IMG/VR virus record: IMGVR_UViG_3300020421_002402 | Location: 46,194 to 110,193 of that record | DNA from: a virus | DNA: 64,000 nucleotides | Reading direction: 5' to 3' (one strand) | In this document: positions 18,199-27,831 of the stretch, in pieces | Numbering within the stretch: position 1 is the first letter of the stretch | Layout of the letters: each line of letters starts with the position of its first letter | Made by a program: the position numbers and the translations under genes | The notes under the pieces: generated by a model | The model's database searches: none | Told to the model about the DNA's origin: nothing | Seen by the model: the letters and a program-made list of their open reading frames with translations, nothing else

Positions 18199-18720
18199 AT
18201 GTATAAAGTATTTCAAATTAAAATCAACAGCGAAGTCCATAACTTTGTGAATAGCAATGACAGAGGACACACTGGTGCTGAAGAAAAGTATCCAATTTAC
18301 GAAACATATATGAGATTGACTCATAGTTTCCGTGATGCTATTAAATTCAAAGATACTGACTTTCAACATTTTACCCATGTTGCTTCTGTAAAGAAGGACG
18401 CAGGTCTTGTTGATAGTTCCGGTGATAGTTGGCAGGTACGTGATTTGGAAGATGTGTTTGCTGTTTTAAACGGTAGATACTATGACGAGGATACTGAAAA
18501 AGATCCTGTGTTCGATGTTCATGTAAGCGATTACAAAATGAAAACTGTTACTCGCAAAGACGGTGAAGTAGTAACTTTCCGTGACATGCACTCTTTGAGT
18601 GTTGGTGATATTGTTCAAGACGTTGACAACGGTACATTCCATATTGTTGCTAGTTTTGGATTTGAAGATGTTACTGACCAAATAAAAAATTATGTTGAAC
18701 AATCACTAGAGGTGGCTTAA
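18199..18720 (+). CDS. Hypothetical early protein with SLSVGD motif (YodL-like)
   Basis: LEDVF..LN and HSLSVGDIV. AAGGAG SD. Confidence 0.65.
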   Translation: MYKVFQIKINSEVHNFVNSNDRGHTGAEEKYPIYETYMRLTHSFRDAIKFKDTDFQHFTHVASVKKDAGLVDSSGDSWQVRDLEDVFAVLNGRYYDEDTEKDPVFDVHVSDYKMKTVTRKDGEVVTFRDMHSLSVGDIVQDVDNGTFHIVASFGFEDVTDQIKNYVEQSLEVA

Positions 18721-18959
18721 TGAAAGTAGATTTAAAAATGGCACAGTCCTTCAACAAGGCTGTAACAAATCCTGAAAATATTCAGGCTAATGGGCATGTC
18801 AACTGGAACTTTGTAGATGCAGACGTTTACATGGATGTTGGTCCTCGTGACACAGATGGCAATCCTGCAAACAACCAAAAGCATTATGCGATGTTTGATG
18901 TTCTAGCAGATGCATTTGAAAAAGCAAATGGTAAACAAGTTCAATCAAGCATTCGATAA
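18720..18959 (+). CDS. Hypothetical phage protein
   Basis: NWNFVDAD motif, GAGG SD. Confidence 0.7.
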   Translation: MKVDLKMAQSFNKAVTNPENIQANGHVNWNFVDADVYMDVGPRDTDGNPANNQKHYAMFDVLADAFEKANGKQVQSSIR

Positions 18960-18973
18960 AAACAAACCAACTC

Positions 18974-19002
18974 AATGCCCGGCACATGTCGGGCATTTTT
19001 TT
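18974..19002 (+). terminator. Intrinsic terminator
   Basis: AATGCCCGGC/GTCGGGCATT followed by T tract. Confidence 0.85.
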
Positions 19003-19003
19003 C

Positions 19004-19032
19004 TTGACATTTGCCACTTAATCCGGTAAAAT
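19004..19032 (+). promoter_or_regulatory. sigma70-type promoter, leaderless
   Basis: TTGACA-17-TAAAAT-7nt-ATG. Confidence 0.65.
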
Positions 19033-19039
19033 ACTAATT

Positions 19040-19483
19040 ATGACAATGCATTTAGCACAAGGTCTAACGACCATAAGAAATAAAAAGTACAAGCCTAAAA
19101 TGACTAAGGCTAACATTGCCAAGTGGGAAGAAGGTTTGAGAAAGAAAAACAAAGAACACAAAAGGCTAGGTTTGCCCAAGTGGACTTTTGAACAGTATGT
19201 TGATTACTGTCACGGTATATCGCCTAAAATAGATCCTAGGCGAAAAGAAGCATTCAAATCTGCTGTTCCTAATCATTTTCAAAATGAACGGTATAAGGAA
19301 ATGCAAGAACATGCCAAGAAGTATCCTAGTATGCCTTTGACAAGTAGAGGCGGTACTGCTGAAGATATTGAGTGGCAAAAAGAAAAAGCAGAAATATGTA
19401 AGAATTACACTATTGCTCCTGCTTACAACAAAGGTGCTTATCAAGTAATTGGTAAGAACAACATTAAAGATATAGGAAAATGA
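19040..19483 (+). CDS. Conserved T4-like phage hypothetical protein
   Basis: C-terminal TIAPAYNKGAYQVI motif. Confidence 0.75.
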   Translation: MTMHLAQGLTTIRNKKYKPKMTKANIAKWEEGLRKKNKEHKRLGLPKWTFEQYVDYCHGISPKIDPRRKEAFKSAVPNHFQNERYKEMQEHAKKYPSMPLTSRGGTAEDIEWQKEKAEICKNYTIAPAYNKGAYQVIGKNNIKDIGK

Positions 19484-19680
19484 CTTTTACAGTAAAAGAA
19501 GCCCAAGCAGTAATAGGTAGACTTAAAGGAGACACTATAAGTTGCTGTCTTTGTGCTGAGCCTGTAAAAGAAATTGATAGTCATAATGCTTGGCCCGTTG
19601 TAGATGGTAGGTGTTGTGAAACTTGTAATTATGTTGTAGTTGTTCCTGCGAGATTAAAAGCAGTTGATGGACAGGACTGA
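19480..19680 (+). CDS. Small Zn-finger protein
   Basis: CCLC...HNAWPV.DGRCCETCN. Confidence 0.7.
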   Translation: MTFTVKEAQAVIGRLKGDTISCCLCAEPVKEIDSHNAWPVVDGRCCETCNYVVVVPARLKAVDGQD

Positions 19681-19772
19681 TGCGTAACCCAATACCAGAT
19701 ATCATAATAACACTCTTTATACTAACTTTAGTATATGTTGCAGTACATCAATGGACAGGAGTAATGGTATGA
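19680..19772 (+). CDS. 30-aa single-TM peptide (not in ORF track)
   Basis: MRNPIPDIIITLFILTLVYVAVHQWTGVMV, overlapping both neighbours. Confidence 0.5.
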   Translation: MRNPIPDIIITLFILTLVYVAVHQWTGVMV

Positions 19773-20071
19773 CATCAAATTGTATATCACATCAAGAAGT
19801 AGCAAAGGTATTACATGCAGATGGCAGTTCCTATAAAATGGGAACACTAGTATATGGTACCTATGAAGAAATAGAAGAATGGTGTGAAAAGAATAACATG
19901 TGGGTAGACAAGTATATGGATCATGTTAATCCTAGCACATTATACAATACTGCTGAATGGGTAGGGACTGGATTATCAGATCCCTTTGCAGTCAGTGTTC
20001 CATTTGATTATAGAAAGAGTAGAGCAATGGGCACATTCAATACTAGAGGTGTAAATTTAGACAAATGGTAG
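19769..20071 (+). CDS. Hypothetical protein
   Basis: AGGAG SD and ATGA overlap favour the start at 19769. Confidence 0.65.
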   Translation: MTSNCISHQEVAKVLHADGSSYKMGTLVYGTYEEIEEWCEKNNMWVDKYMDHVNPSTLYNTAEWVGTGLSDPFAVSVPFDYRKSRAMGTFNTRGVNLDKW

Positions 20072-20226
20072 AAAGAATAAAACATTGGGCAGATGTATGT
20101 AAAATACATTGGAAAGAAATCATATCTCTTGCTATTGCTTTACATTGGCTTATGGATTTAATAATTATTATACCATTGTCATTAGCAATAGGATATTTTA
20201 CAGGAGTACATTTTGGCGGACACTAA
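20065..20226 (+). CDS. 53-aa membrane protein (not in ORF track)
   Basis: MVERIKHWADVCKIHWKEIISLAIALHWLMDLIIIIPLSLAIGYFTGVHFGGH. Confidence 0.6.
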   Translation: MVERIKHWADVCKIHWKEIISLAIALHWLMDLIIIIPLSLAIGYFTGVHFGGH

Positions 20227-20386
20227 ACACATAGGATATCCTTTACCGTCTGAAATGTTTCATGGAACGGTGAGAGAAGATTTTGTTAAGCACGAAGCAA
20301 TAAGTGAATTACTAGATATTGATTTAAAGTGTCCTTATTGTGAAAAAACTTTATTAACAGCAAATGAGAGAAACAAAAAAAGGTAG
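20213..20386 (+). CDS. Small protein with CPYC motif (not in ORF track)
   Basis: TTG start after AGGAG. Fills the gap between flanking genes. Confidence 0.45.
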   Translation: MADTKHIGYPLPSEMFHGTVREDFVKHEAISELLDIDLKCPYCEKTLLTANERNKKR

Positions 20387-20392
20387 AAAACA

Positions 20393-20551
20393 ATGAAAGA
20401 ATATGAAAAAATTAAAAAACAGCAGTCTGAACAATTAGGTTCTATAGATGATGTACATCCTATGAAACAGGTTGCTATAATGTCAGTTATACAAATGCTA
20501 ATGTTAGCAGGTGTAGGTATTGCGATGTATATGATTGCAATATCATTTTAG
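20393..20551 (+). CDS. 52-aa protein with C-terminal TM (not in ORF track)
   Basis: ...DDVHPMKQVAIMSVIQMLMLAGVGIAMYMIAISF. Confidence 0.6.
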   Translation: MKEYEKIKKQQSEQLGSIDDVHPMKQVAIMSVIQMLMLAGVGIAMYMIAISF

Positions 20552-20559
20552 GAGAGAGA

Positions 20560-20763
20560 ATGGCAGAAGACAAAGATAAATCAAACAAAGGTCAATGGCA
20601 TGGTGGCAAAGGTTCTGTGCAAAAACCTAATGACCAAGATAAATTTGCAGATGGCTGGGACGCCATATGGGGTAAGAATAAAGACACAGAATTAACAAGG
20701 AGAGAACAAGTATTGTTAGATCCATTAGAAGCAAGTAAGCGAAGCGACAAAAGGAAAAAATGA
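20560..20763 (+). CDS. Hypothetical phage protein
   Basis: WHGGKGS...F..GWDAIWG motif, AGGAG SD. Confidence 0.7.
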   Translation: MAEDKDKSNKGQWHGGKGSVQKPNDQDKFADGWDAIWGKNKDTELTRREQVLLDPLEASKRSDKRKK

Positions 20764-21029
20764 CTTTACCAGATGTAATAGGACTAATAGGAGTTGCATT
20801 ACTAATTGTCACTTATGCACTACTGCAATTAGATAGAATTGATCCTAAAGGATTTTGGTACAGTTTTAATAACTTATTGGTAGCAATACTTGTTACTGTA
20901 AGTTTAGTTTATACTCCAAACCTTGCTAGTATAGTAATTGAAGTATTTTGGTTCCTTATTAGTTTGTATGGAGTTGTTATGTTTTTTAAGAGAAAAGACT
21001 TGACAAATAATAAAAATAGTATAACATAA
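20760..21029 (+). CDS. Three-TM membrane protein (CBU_0592-like)
   Basis: IGLIG..L...Y.LLQ...Y...N...IEVFW..IS.YG. Confidence 0.7.
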   Translation: MTLPDVIGLIGVALLIVTYALLQLDRIDPKGFWYSFNNLLVAILVTVSLVYTPNLASIVIEVFWFLISLYGVVMFFKRKDLTNNKNSIT

Positions 21030-21064
21030 GTTAATAACATAAAGACCGAGGAGGGTCGTTCACT

Positions 21065-22228
21065 ATGGAAATGAAAACTTATGCTGATAAGATAAATCAG
21101 CAATTCACAGAAGAAGCAAGTAATCTTGTTTCATTACAACAACGTCTAAATGATGCACTAGAACTAAATCCAGTATTTGCAAAAATGCTAGATGGTGCAG
21201 TAGACGAATTCAAACGTAGAAACAAACAATGGAAGTCATTTAATGATATGACATTGTGTAATGCCATACCGGCAAAACTTAGTGATGTGGTAATTGATAC
21301 TACATTACAACGTCCTTTAAACATTAGGCACATTATAAAGATACTTGGCTACTTTAGTCAAAGTATGGTTATGCCTATTCAAGTGTACAAAGAAGTGCCA
21401 CCAGGAGCGGAATGGATTGCATGGGATGGACAACATACTGCTATTACATTATATATAATTGCAACAAAAGTTTTTGGCGAACGTCCTGCTAATGTAGAAA
21501 TTCCAGTTGTGGAATATCCAGTAGACAACAAGTTAGAAATTAGACGTAACTTTATTTTATTAAATGGAGATGCTAAAGAACCACTAGACTTTATTGATAC
21601 ATTTAAACAAATGGTATTTGGAGTTAGAGTAGATGGCGCAACTGATGAAGATTGGAAAGACTCAGAACAAAAACAACAATACTTAGAACAATCTGGTATT
21701 TTTGCTACAAACAGTAAGTTTGGTGATGAAGATGAGAATGGTGCATTTACATTGTTAGCAGATACGTTAATGAGTAAAAGCCTTAAAACTAGAAAACATC
21801 CAGACATTACTAAAATGTTTACTAGTTATTGGAGTTACTTAAACAATGACAGACCAGTACAAGCCAAGGAGGCTAGGCAGTTATACGAATACTTTGATGC
21901 ATGTTACTCACAAGGTATTACAGTAGATGATGATTACTGTAGAAAACTTGCAGACTTTACTAAAGAATACTTTGAAGCAGACTTTAGTGAGAATGGAATG
22001 TTTTGGGATAAGGTAAAAATTAGTTATTCAAATTGGTATCGAGGTGCTAACAAGCATAGTGAAGATAAAAATGAGGATGGCGAAATTATTGTTAGAGGGT
22101 TTACTACAGAATGGCGTTGTGGCGGACCTTTCCTTATTGCACAAATTAAGAAAAGTACAGACTTAAAAACTCCAACATACTCTCCTAATAATGGGTATAG
22201 TGTATTGGATTTTGAATTATGGCAATAA
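21065..22228 (+). CDS. ParB/Srx-fold (DGQH) domain protein
   Basis: IDTTLQRPL, PIQV, WDGQHT, F..LN. Confidence 0.65.
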   Translation: MEMKTYADKINQQFTEEASNLVSLQQRLNDALELNPVFAKMLDGAVDEFKRRNKQWKSFNDMTLCNAIPAKLSDVVIDTTLQRPLNIRHIIKILGYFSQSMVMPIQVYKEVPPGAEWIAWDGQHTAITLYIIATKVFGERPANVEIPVVEYPVDNKLEIRRNFILLNGDAKEPLDFIDTFKQMVFGVRVDGATDEDWKDSEQKQQYLEQSGIFATNSKFGDEDENGAFTLLADTLMSKSLKTRKHPDITKMFTSYWSYLNNDRPVQAKEARQLYEYFDACYSQGITVDDDYCRKLADFTKEYFEADFSENGMFWDKVKISYSNWYRGANKHSEDKNEDGEIIVRGFTTEWRCGGPFLIAQIKKSTDLKTPTYSPNNGYSVLDFELWQ

Positions 22229-22662
22229 GAGATCCAAAAAAAGATAGGTTAAAGTCTAATTCAGTCTTAAAAGAACAATTAGACAAACCTTGTATGCTAG
22301 AGGACTGTGATAATACTATCAGTATATATGACGGTCCTGGTAGCAACGTCTTGTGTAGAGAGCATCAATTAGAATGTGTTGAATATGGAGGCATGGGTAA
22401 ACCAGAAAGACCTTGGACATTTTATAGAACTATGGAATGTGCAAAGTGTGGATATAACCCAACTGAAGATACACAGTTTGATGAGATAGAAGATGAGTAC
22501 CATAGACTTCGTGTAATGCGAGCCATTATGCATGGTGACCATATACACCTAAAGAGCCAAGGTGGTGCTAATACGAAGGATAATATACAGACATTGTGTG
22601 TTAAATGCCATATGATAAAAACATACAAGGAGAAGGATTACTTAGGTGCCAAACAAAGATAG
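22219..22662 (+). CDS. Zn-binding HNH endonuclease
   Basis: CAKCG...GDHIHLKSQGG.NT.DNIQTLC.KCH, plus an N-terminal C..C/C.EH. Confidence 0.85.
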   Translation: MAIRDPKKDRLKSNSVLKEQLDKPCMLEDCDNTISIYDGPGSNVLCREHQLECVEYGGMGKPERPWTFYRTMECAKCGYNPTEDTQFDEIEDEYHRLRVMRAIMHGDHIHLKSQGGANTKDNIQTLCVKCHMIKTYKEKDYLGAKQR

Positions 22663-23038
22663 GCTAGAAATGGAGAACTTCTTGGAAGGTTCTGTAAACG
22701 AAGAACTAAAAGATTTGCAAGGAGCATTGTTGGTATTGAGTGCTCCTTGTAATGATGATGCTGACTATGAGCATATGACAGAAGCGGCTGTACACAATGC
22801 AATAAAACCTTTTACTAAATGGTTTGACAATAATGAAATAGAGTATGAGATACGCATGAGTTATGGCAAGCCACATGCTAGTTATGGTATGGATAATGTT
22901 CAGTTTAGTGTGAATGTGTGGATAAGACCTTTGGGTAAAAAGTTCACTGAAGAAGAAAGAATGATATTTGAATTGAAGTTTGCAAATAAGTTTCCTATTA
23001 AAAGTTTACAAAAATATATGGAAGACCTATTCAAATAA
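22646..23038 (+). CDS. Hypothetical protein
   Basis: ORF fills the gap with genome-typical composition. Confidence 0.6.
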   Translation: MPNKDRLEMENFLEGSVNEELKDLQGALLVLSAPCNDDADYEHMTEAAVHNAIKPFTKWFDNNEIEYEIRMSYGKPHASYGMDNVQFSVNVWIRPLGKKFTEEERMIFELKFANKFPIKSLQKYMEDLFK

Positions 23039-23084
23039 GTATAAATACACTTATCATTAAAACTAGTTTTAAAGGAGAAGTTTT

Positions 23085-23687
23085 ATGGCAGTAGAAATGA
23101 CAGTTCCAATGGTAAAATGGAATAAACGTGCTATCCCTGAAGGCGAAACAGATTACGCATGGGTTGAAGAGGATAGTAAAGAAATTTTTGAAGGAAAACG
23201 TGTTGTAGTATTTGCACTACCTGGTGCTTTTACACCTACATGTAGTAGTACACATTTACCTGGATACGAAGCAAAATATGATGACATTATTGCTGAAGAC
23301 GTAGATGCAGTATATTGCCTTAGTGTAAATGATTCTTTTGTAATGAATTCGTGGTTTGCAGACCAAGGTATTGTAAAAGTACAACCAATTGCAGATGGTA
23401 ATGGTGAATTTACACGTCATATGGGTATGCTTGTAGAAAAATCAGCAGTATGTTTTGGATTGAGAAGCCAAAGATATTCAATGGTTGTTGATAACGGCTT
23501 TATAGAAAATATCTTCTGTGAAGACGGAAAGGAAGATAACTTTGCAGGTGACCCTTTTGATATTAGTGATGCAGACACAATGCTTGAATATTTGCAAAAT
23601 GTCAAAGAACTAAGACGTGAAGAAATTGCTAGGTTCCAAGAAGAACAAGAAAGAGCAGAAGCAGAAGAGATTGAAGAAGATGTCTAA
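23085..23687 (+). CDS. Peroxiredoxin (Prx5 type) with acidic tail
   Basis: LPGAFTPTCS..HLPGY, SVNDSFVM, ADGNGEFT. TATAAATA upstream at 23040. Confidence 0.92.
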   Translation: MAVEMTVPMVKWNKRAIPEGETDYAWVEEDSKEIFEGKRVVVFALPGAFTPTCSSTHLPGYEAKYDDIIAEDVDAVYCLSVNDSFVMNSWFADQGIVKVQPIADGNGEFTRHMGMLVEKSAVCFGLRSQRYSMVVDNGFIENIFCEDGKEDNFAGDPFDISDADTMLEYLQNVKELRREEIARFQEEQERAEAEEIEEDV

Positions 23688-24519
23688 TATTATTTTACCA
23701 ACTGCGTCAGAAGTAGATGCTGTAGACGAATCAGCATTTATTTGGGACGATTTGTTAGATGGTATTTTAACACTCGAACAAGGTAAAGCAATTAAATGTA
23801 TCACAGACCAACTTGATGCTGATGATGTTTTGTCTATTAGAGAAGCCTATGCAGGTACAGGAAAAACTGCTAACTTCATTAGAGAAAATTCAACACATGG
23901 TGATAGTTTCAAAATTACAACAGTTGACCAATTTATAGACACATATCTATACACTGGAGACTATTTTGAAAACTGTGAAAATGCATCTAATGTTTATAAA
24001 TTAGATGTAAGTGTTACAAGAGAGATTGTATTTGATGAAGATGGTACACCAACTGAAGTTAAAGTATATGATCCTTATTCAGAGAGTGAACCAAAGTTAA
24101 TTAGAACAATTGACTTAGCAGTACAACCTTCGTTTTTAACCAAACAAAAACTATCTGAAGTAGATCCTTTAATAGCACCTAAGTCTGCTATTGTGAATGC
24201 AGACGGTGATACGTTAGGAACTACTGGAGACTTTGAGCCTAAAGTCGTAATTTATATGACTTGGCCCATTACATTAGGTAGTGAAGAACATGAAAAGGAT
24301 GCCTTAGACAGAGAATTTGCCGCAGTATTAAAAGCATTACCCGTAGGAGGAGTATTGTTTGTTACGCACTTTCAACTACCTAAAACTAATGGTTGTTTTT
24401 GGAATGCATACGAAGGTGTAAAACATGCAGGCTATACATTCGAAGAAAGTTGGGTTATAAATACAGAGCCAGATGGCAGTGGTCCTTGGACATGTGGTAT
24501 TGTAAAACGGCTCAGTTAA
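23680..24519 (+). CDS. Degenerate class I methyltransferase-like protein, paralog A
   Basis: GILT.EQG.AIK...AGTGKT and LKALPVGGVLF. N-terminus similar to the next ORF. Confidence 0.5.
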   Translation: MSNIILPTASEVDAVDESAFIWDDLLDGILTLEQGKAIKCITDQLDADDVLSIREAYAGTGKTANFIRENSTHGDSFKITTVDQFIDTYLYTGDYFENCENASNVYKLDVSVTREIVFDEDGTPTEVKVYDPYSESEPKLIRTIDLAVQPSFLTKQKLSEVDPLIAPKSAIVNADGDTLGTTGDFEPKVVIYMTWPITLGSEEHEKDALDREFAAVLKALPVGGVLFVTHFQLPKTNGCFWNAYEGVKHAGYTFEESWVINTEPDGSGPWTCGIVKRLS

Positions 24520-24567
24520 TGCTTTTTAGATAAATAGTTTAGTAAAATTATTAAATTGGAGTAAAGA

Positions 24568-25530
24568 ATGCCTAATATTACATTGCCTACTGAAGCAGAA
24601 AGAGCCGCAGTAGATACCTCATCATTTACTTGGTCAAATTCAGAACCAGGTTCATTAACTAAACCTCACGGTGCATTACTAAAACTTATTGGTGACCAAC
24701 TAGAGTCCGGTGAATATGTACAAGTTATTTCAATGAGTAGAGGAACAGGCAAAACTCCAAAATTTATTGCTCAAAATACTACAAATGGTGCAGACCTTAA
24801 AATTGTATTGAGAGACGATTTTGGTGAAAATAAAGGCGCCAACGCATTAGAACAAAATAAAGTAGGCTCGTTTTCAACTTTTGTAGACTCTACTTCTAGA
24901 GCAAATGTTAAAGTTTTATTAGGTTCTGTTGACAATGTTTATCTACAAGACTTAGATGGCGTTATTGTTAATAATAACTTCGTAGTTACATATACAAATA
25001 CTGAAACAGGTGCTGAGATTGTTACTCTTGATAAGTCAGGTGCATGTACACCATTCAACGATATGACCACTGAAGAACTCAATACAGAACTTGGATATCC
25101 TCTAGCAGACTTCCATACTAAAGAAGTATTGTTAAATAAAGATGATGCCAAATTAGACGGTGGCGGTGATAGACCTTCTTCATATGATGTTATATGTGTT
25201 TGTCCTCCACCTCATTTAACACAAACATTAATGAGGGAAGCCAATCACAGATTCGATTTAATTGATTCAGATGATGACGCAACTGAACAAGCAAGACTTG
25301 AAGCATGGATAAAACGTGACTTTACAATAGGATTTTTGAAAGTTTGGAATAAACTTCCTGTTGGTGGTGTTGCTATCTATGATAAAATACACCTTCCTGT
25401 AATCAATCAAGCAATTTTAGACGGACAAGCACATTTAGATGCCGCAACATATGACTCATGTCTTTACAATAACACAGAGTCAGATTACACTGGTGCATAT
25501 CAGTCGTTTGCTATCAAGAAATTGTCTTAA
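24568..25530 (+). CDS. Degenerate class I methyltransferase-like protein, paralog B
   Basis: GSLT.PHG.LLK...RGTGKT, YDVICV, WNKLPVGGVAIYD. Confidence 0.5.
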   Translation: MPNITLPTEAERAAVDTSSFTWSNSEPGSLTKPHGALLKLIGDQLESGEYVQVISMSRGTGKTPKFIAQNTTNGADLKIVLRDDFGENKGANALEQNKVGSFSTFVDSTSRANVKVLLGSVDNVYLQDLDGVIVNNNFVVTYTNTETGAEIVTLDKSGACTPFNDMTTEELNTELGYPLADFHTKEVLLNKDDAKLDGGGDRPSSYDVICVCPPPHLTQTLMREANHRFDLIDSDDDATEQARLEAWIKRDFTIGFLKVWNKLPVGGVAIYDKIHLPVINQAILDGQAHLDAATYDSCLYNNTESDYTGAYQSFAIKKLS

Positions 25531-25557
25531 TAAACAAAATCATTCATAAATATCTGT

Positions 25558-26772
25558 ATGAAACTCGCTATCACTGGAGTGGGTATTGTCTCGCCTTTAG
25601 GCAATAGTCTCTCTGAAAACATACAAAATTTAAAGGCTTTACAAGTTCCTATTCAGGATTATAGACCACAAGGTCATTTTAGTGATTGGATTTTAAATGT
25701 TGAAAAAGCATTTCACACTAATTATGAAGATGTGGATTTAGAAGGTTTAATTGAACCTAAAAATAAACGTTGGTTAGATCCTACTGTTGTTACAAGCATG
25801 ATTGCTGTAAATGAAGCAGTAGAAATGAGCGGCTTAGATTTTCCTGATGATACACCAGTTTTTGTAGGCACCATAAGAGGTGGTGCACCAAACTTAGCAA
25901 GGTATGGACAAATACTGCATCAAAATAAACGTAAAGTACACCCCCAAATTTTATTAAGTAGTTCACATGAATACGTCAGTAATCATGTTAGCAGTCATTA
26001 CAAATGGCATGGTGCTAGTATGGGTACAAGTGGTACATGTATTAGTGGAGTACAAGCATTAGACCTTGCCAAAAAGTATATGATGACAGAAGGTTATACT
26101 TGTGCTGTTGTAGGTGCAACAGACTTTATGACTAGTTCAATGAGTACTATATACTTTCAACTATTAGGTGCAATTAGTCCAACAGGTAGAAGTGTACCTT
26201 GGGACGAAAGTAGAGATGGTTTTGTAATGGGCGAAGGTACAGTTTATCTGGTAGTTGAGCCTTTAGAACTTGCTAGGGAGAGAGGAGCAAATATCAGATG
26301 GGTAGTAGATGGTATCGGGATAGCGAACGATGGTGCCCATGCTACCCAACCTGATTTGGAAGGCACTGGTGCCAGGATTGCTATTGATAAAGCATTATCA
26401 CAAGCAGGCACCAGTGCTGTAGATTATACTGTATTGAATGCTCATGCTACTAGTACACCATTTGGTGACCCTGTAGAGTATAACGTGTTGAAAGATTACT
26501 TTCCAGAGGGAAGTCACTTGTATGGAAACAAAAGTCAAGTGGGCCATTTAATGGGTGCTAGTGGATTAGCAGAAGTAGTGTTAGGTGCAGAAGCAATGAA
26601 GCAAGGATTTGTTCCTGCAAATGCAAATTTAGTGAAACCATTTACAGAAGATGGTTATTTTAATTTATTGTCTCAAATAGAAGAAAAAGAATACACAAGG
26701 CTGTTTAAAACTAGTTTTGGATTTGGTGGTAGAAGTGCCGCAGTGAGTGTAGTAGATGAAAGAGAAGTTTAA
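25558..26772 (+). CDS. Beta-ketoacyl-ACP synthase (FabF/FabB-like)
   Basis: ITGVGIVSPLG, Cys-His-His triad (GTCISG, NAHATST, GHLMGA), SFGFGG. Confidence 0.9.
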   Translation: MKLAITGVGIVSPLGNSLSENIQNLKALQVPIQDYRPQGHFSDWILNVEKAFHTNYEDVDLEGLIEPKNKRWLDPTVVTSMIAVNEAVEMSGLDFPDDTPVFVGTIRGGAPNLARYGQILHQNKRKVHPQILLSSSHEYVSNHVSSHYKWHGASMGTSGTCISGVQALDLAKKYMMTEGYTCAVVGATDFMTSSMSTIYFQLLGAISPTGRSVPWDESRDGFVMGEGTVYLVVEPLELARERGANIRWVVDGIGIANDGAHATQPDLEGTGARIAIDKALSQAGTSAVDYTVLNAHATSTPFGDPVEYNVLKDYFPEGSHLYGNKSQVGHLMGASGLAEVVLGAEAMKQGFVPANANLVKPFTEDGYFNLLSQIEEKEYTRLFKTSFGFGGRSAAVSVVDEREV

Positions 26773-27259
26773 ACATGCATTTATGGATTGTGCAGAAAGA
26801 TTTGCACAATTAAGTAGTGCCAAACGTGCCCAAGTAGGAGCATGTATTGTTAAAGACAATAGAATAATTAGTATTGGTTACAATGGCATGCCAAGTGGAT
26901 GGACAAATGATTGTGAAAACACAGACACCTGGAATGATATTCCTCACATGAGGCAAGAGTGGGAAAGTCAAGGAGCAAAGTTTCATGATTCGCCACACGG
27001 TGCTACTTGGAGTAGATTAAAAACAAAGCCAGAAGTATTACATGCAGAAACTAATGCTATTGCAAAGGTGGCACAAAGTAATGAAAACTGTAAAGATGCT
27101 ACATTGTTTTGTACACATGAACCATGCATGGATTGTGCAAAGTTAATTTACCAGTCAGGTATTACAACAGTTATATTCAAACATACTTACCAAGCAGACA
27201 AAGGTTCGGGTAGAGAGTTTTTAGAAAAAAGTGGTTGCATTGTGGAACACATACAATGA
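26756..27259 (+). CDS. dCMP deaminase
   Basis: SIGYNG.P, LHAETNA, HEPCMDC. Confidence 0.92.
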   Translation: MKEKFKHAFMDCAERFAQLSSAKRAQVGACIVKDNRIISIGYNGMPSGWTNDCENTDTWNDIPHMRQEWESQGAKFHDSPHGATWSRLKTKPEVLHAETNAIAKVAQSNENCKDATLFCTHEPCMDCAKLIYQSGITTVIFKHTYQADKGSGREFLEKSGCIVEHIQ

Positions 27260-27831
27260 AGATAGCAATCACAGGACATCTAAATGGTATAGGAAAAAGT
27301 TGCTATGAATTGCTTTCACATAAAGGACATAATGTAATTGGATTTGATGTAGAAGACAGTTCAGGTGATATTGCAAAAGACAGAGACGACATTATCTTAA
27401 AAGCAAACAACTGTGAAGTATTCATAAACAATGCATTTACAATGTCAGGTGCTCAAATTGATATGTTCAATGAGATATATGAGAAGTGGAAAGATGAACC
27501 AAAGCAAATAATAAATATTTGTAGTGCTTCAAAGTTTTACCCAAACATTTTTAGTGCAGGAATAGATTATAATTATATTGCTAAGAAAAAAGTTCTTTGG
27601 AAAAACATTGTAAAGACACATTCAGACAAAATAATGCCTGATGTTAAAGTGAGAGTACATACTGTAAGTCCTGGACTTGTAGATACAAATATAACTAAAC
27701 CTCTTAAAGACGATACATATAAAATGAGTCCGGATAGTGTTGCATTATATGTAGCATGGGTATTAGAGCAACCTGATGACATAGAAGTATTAGATGTTGC
27801 TGTGAGAAGAAAACCACATGAAGATAGATAA
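27256..27831 (+). CDS. Short-chain dehydrogenase/reductase
   Basis: TGHLNGIG, INNA, YxxxK, SPGLVDT. Confidence 0.85.
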   Translation: MKIAITGHLNGIGKSCYELLSHKGHNVIGFDVEDSSGDIAKDRDDIILKANNCEVFINNAFTMSGAQIDMFNEIYEKWKDEPKQIINICSASKFYPNIFSAGIDYNYIAKKKVLWKNIVKTHSDKIMPDVKVRVHTVSPGLVDTNITKPLKDDTYKMSPDSVALYVAWVLEQPDDIEVLDVAVRRKPHEDR

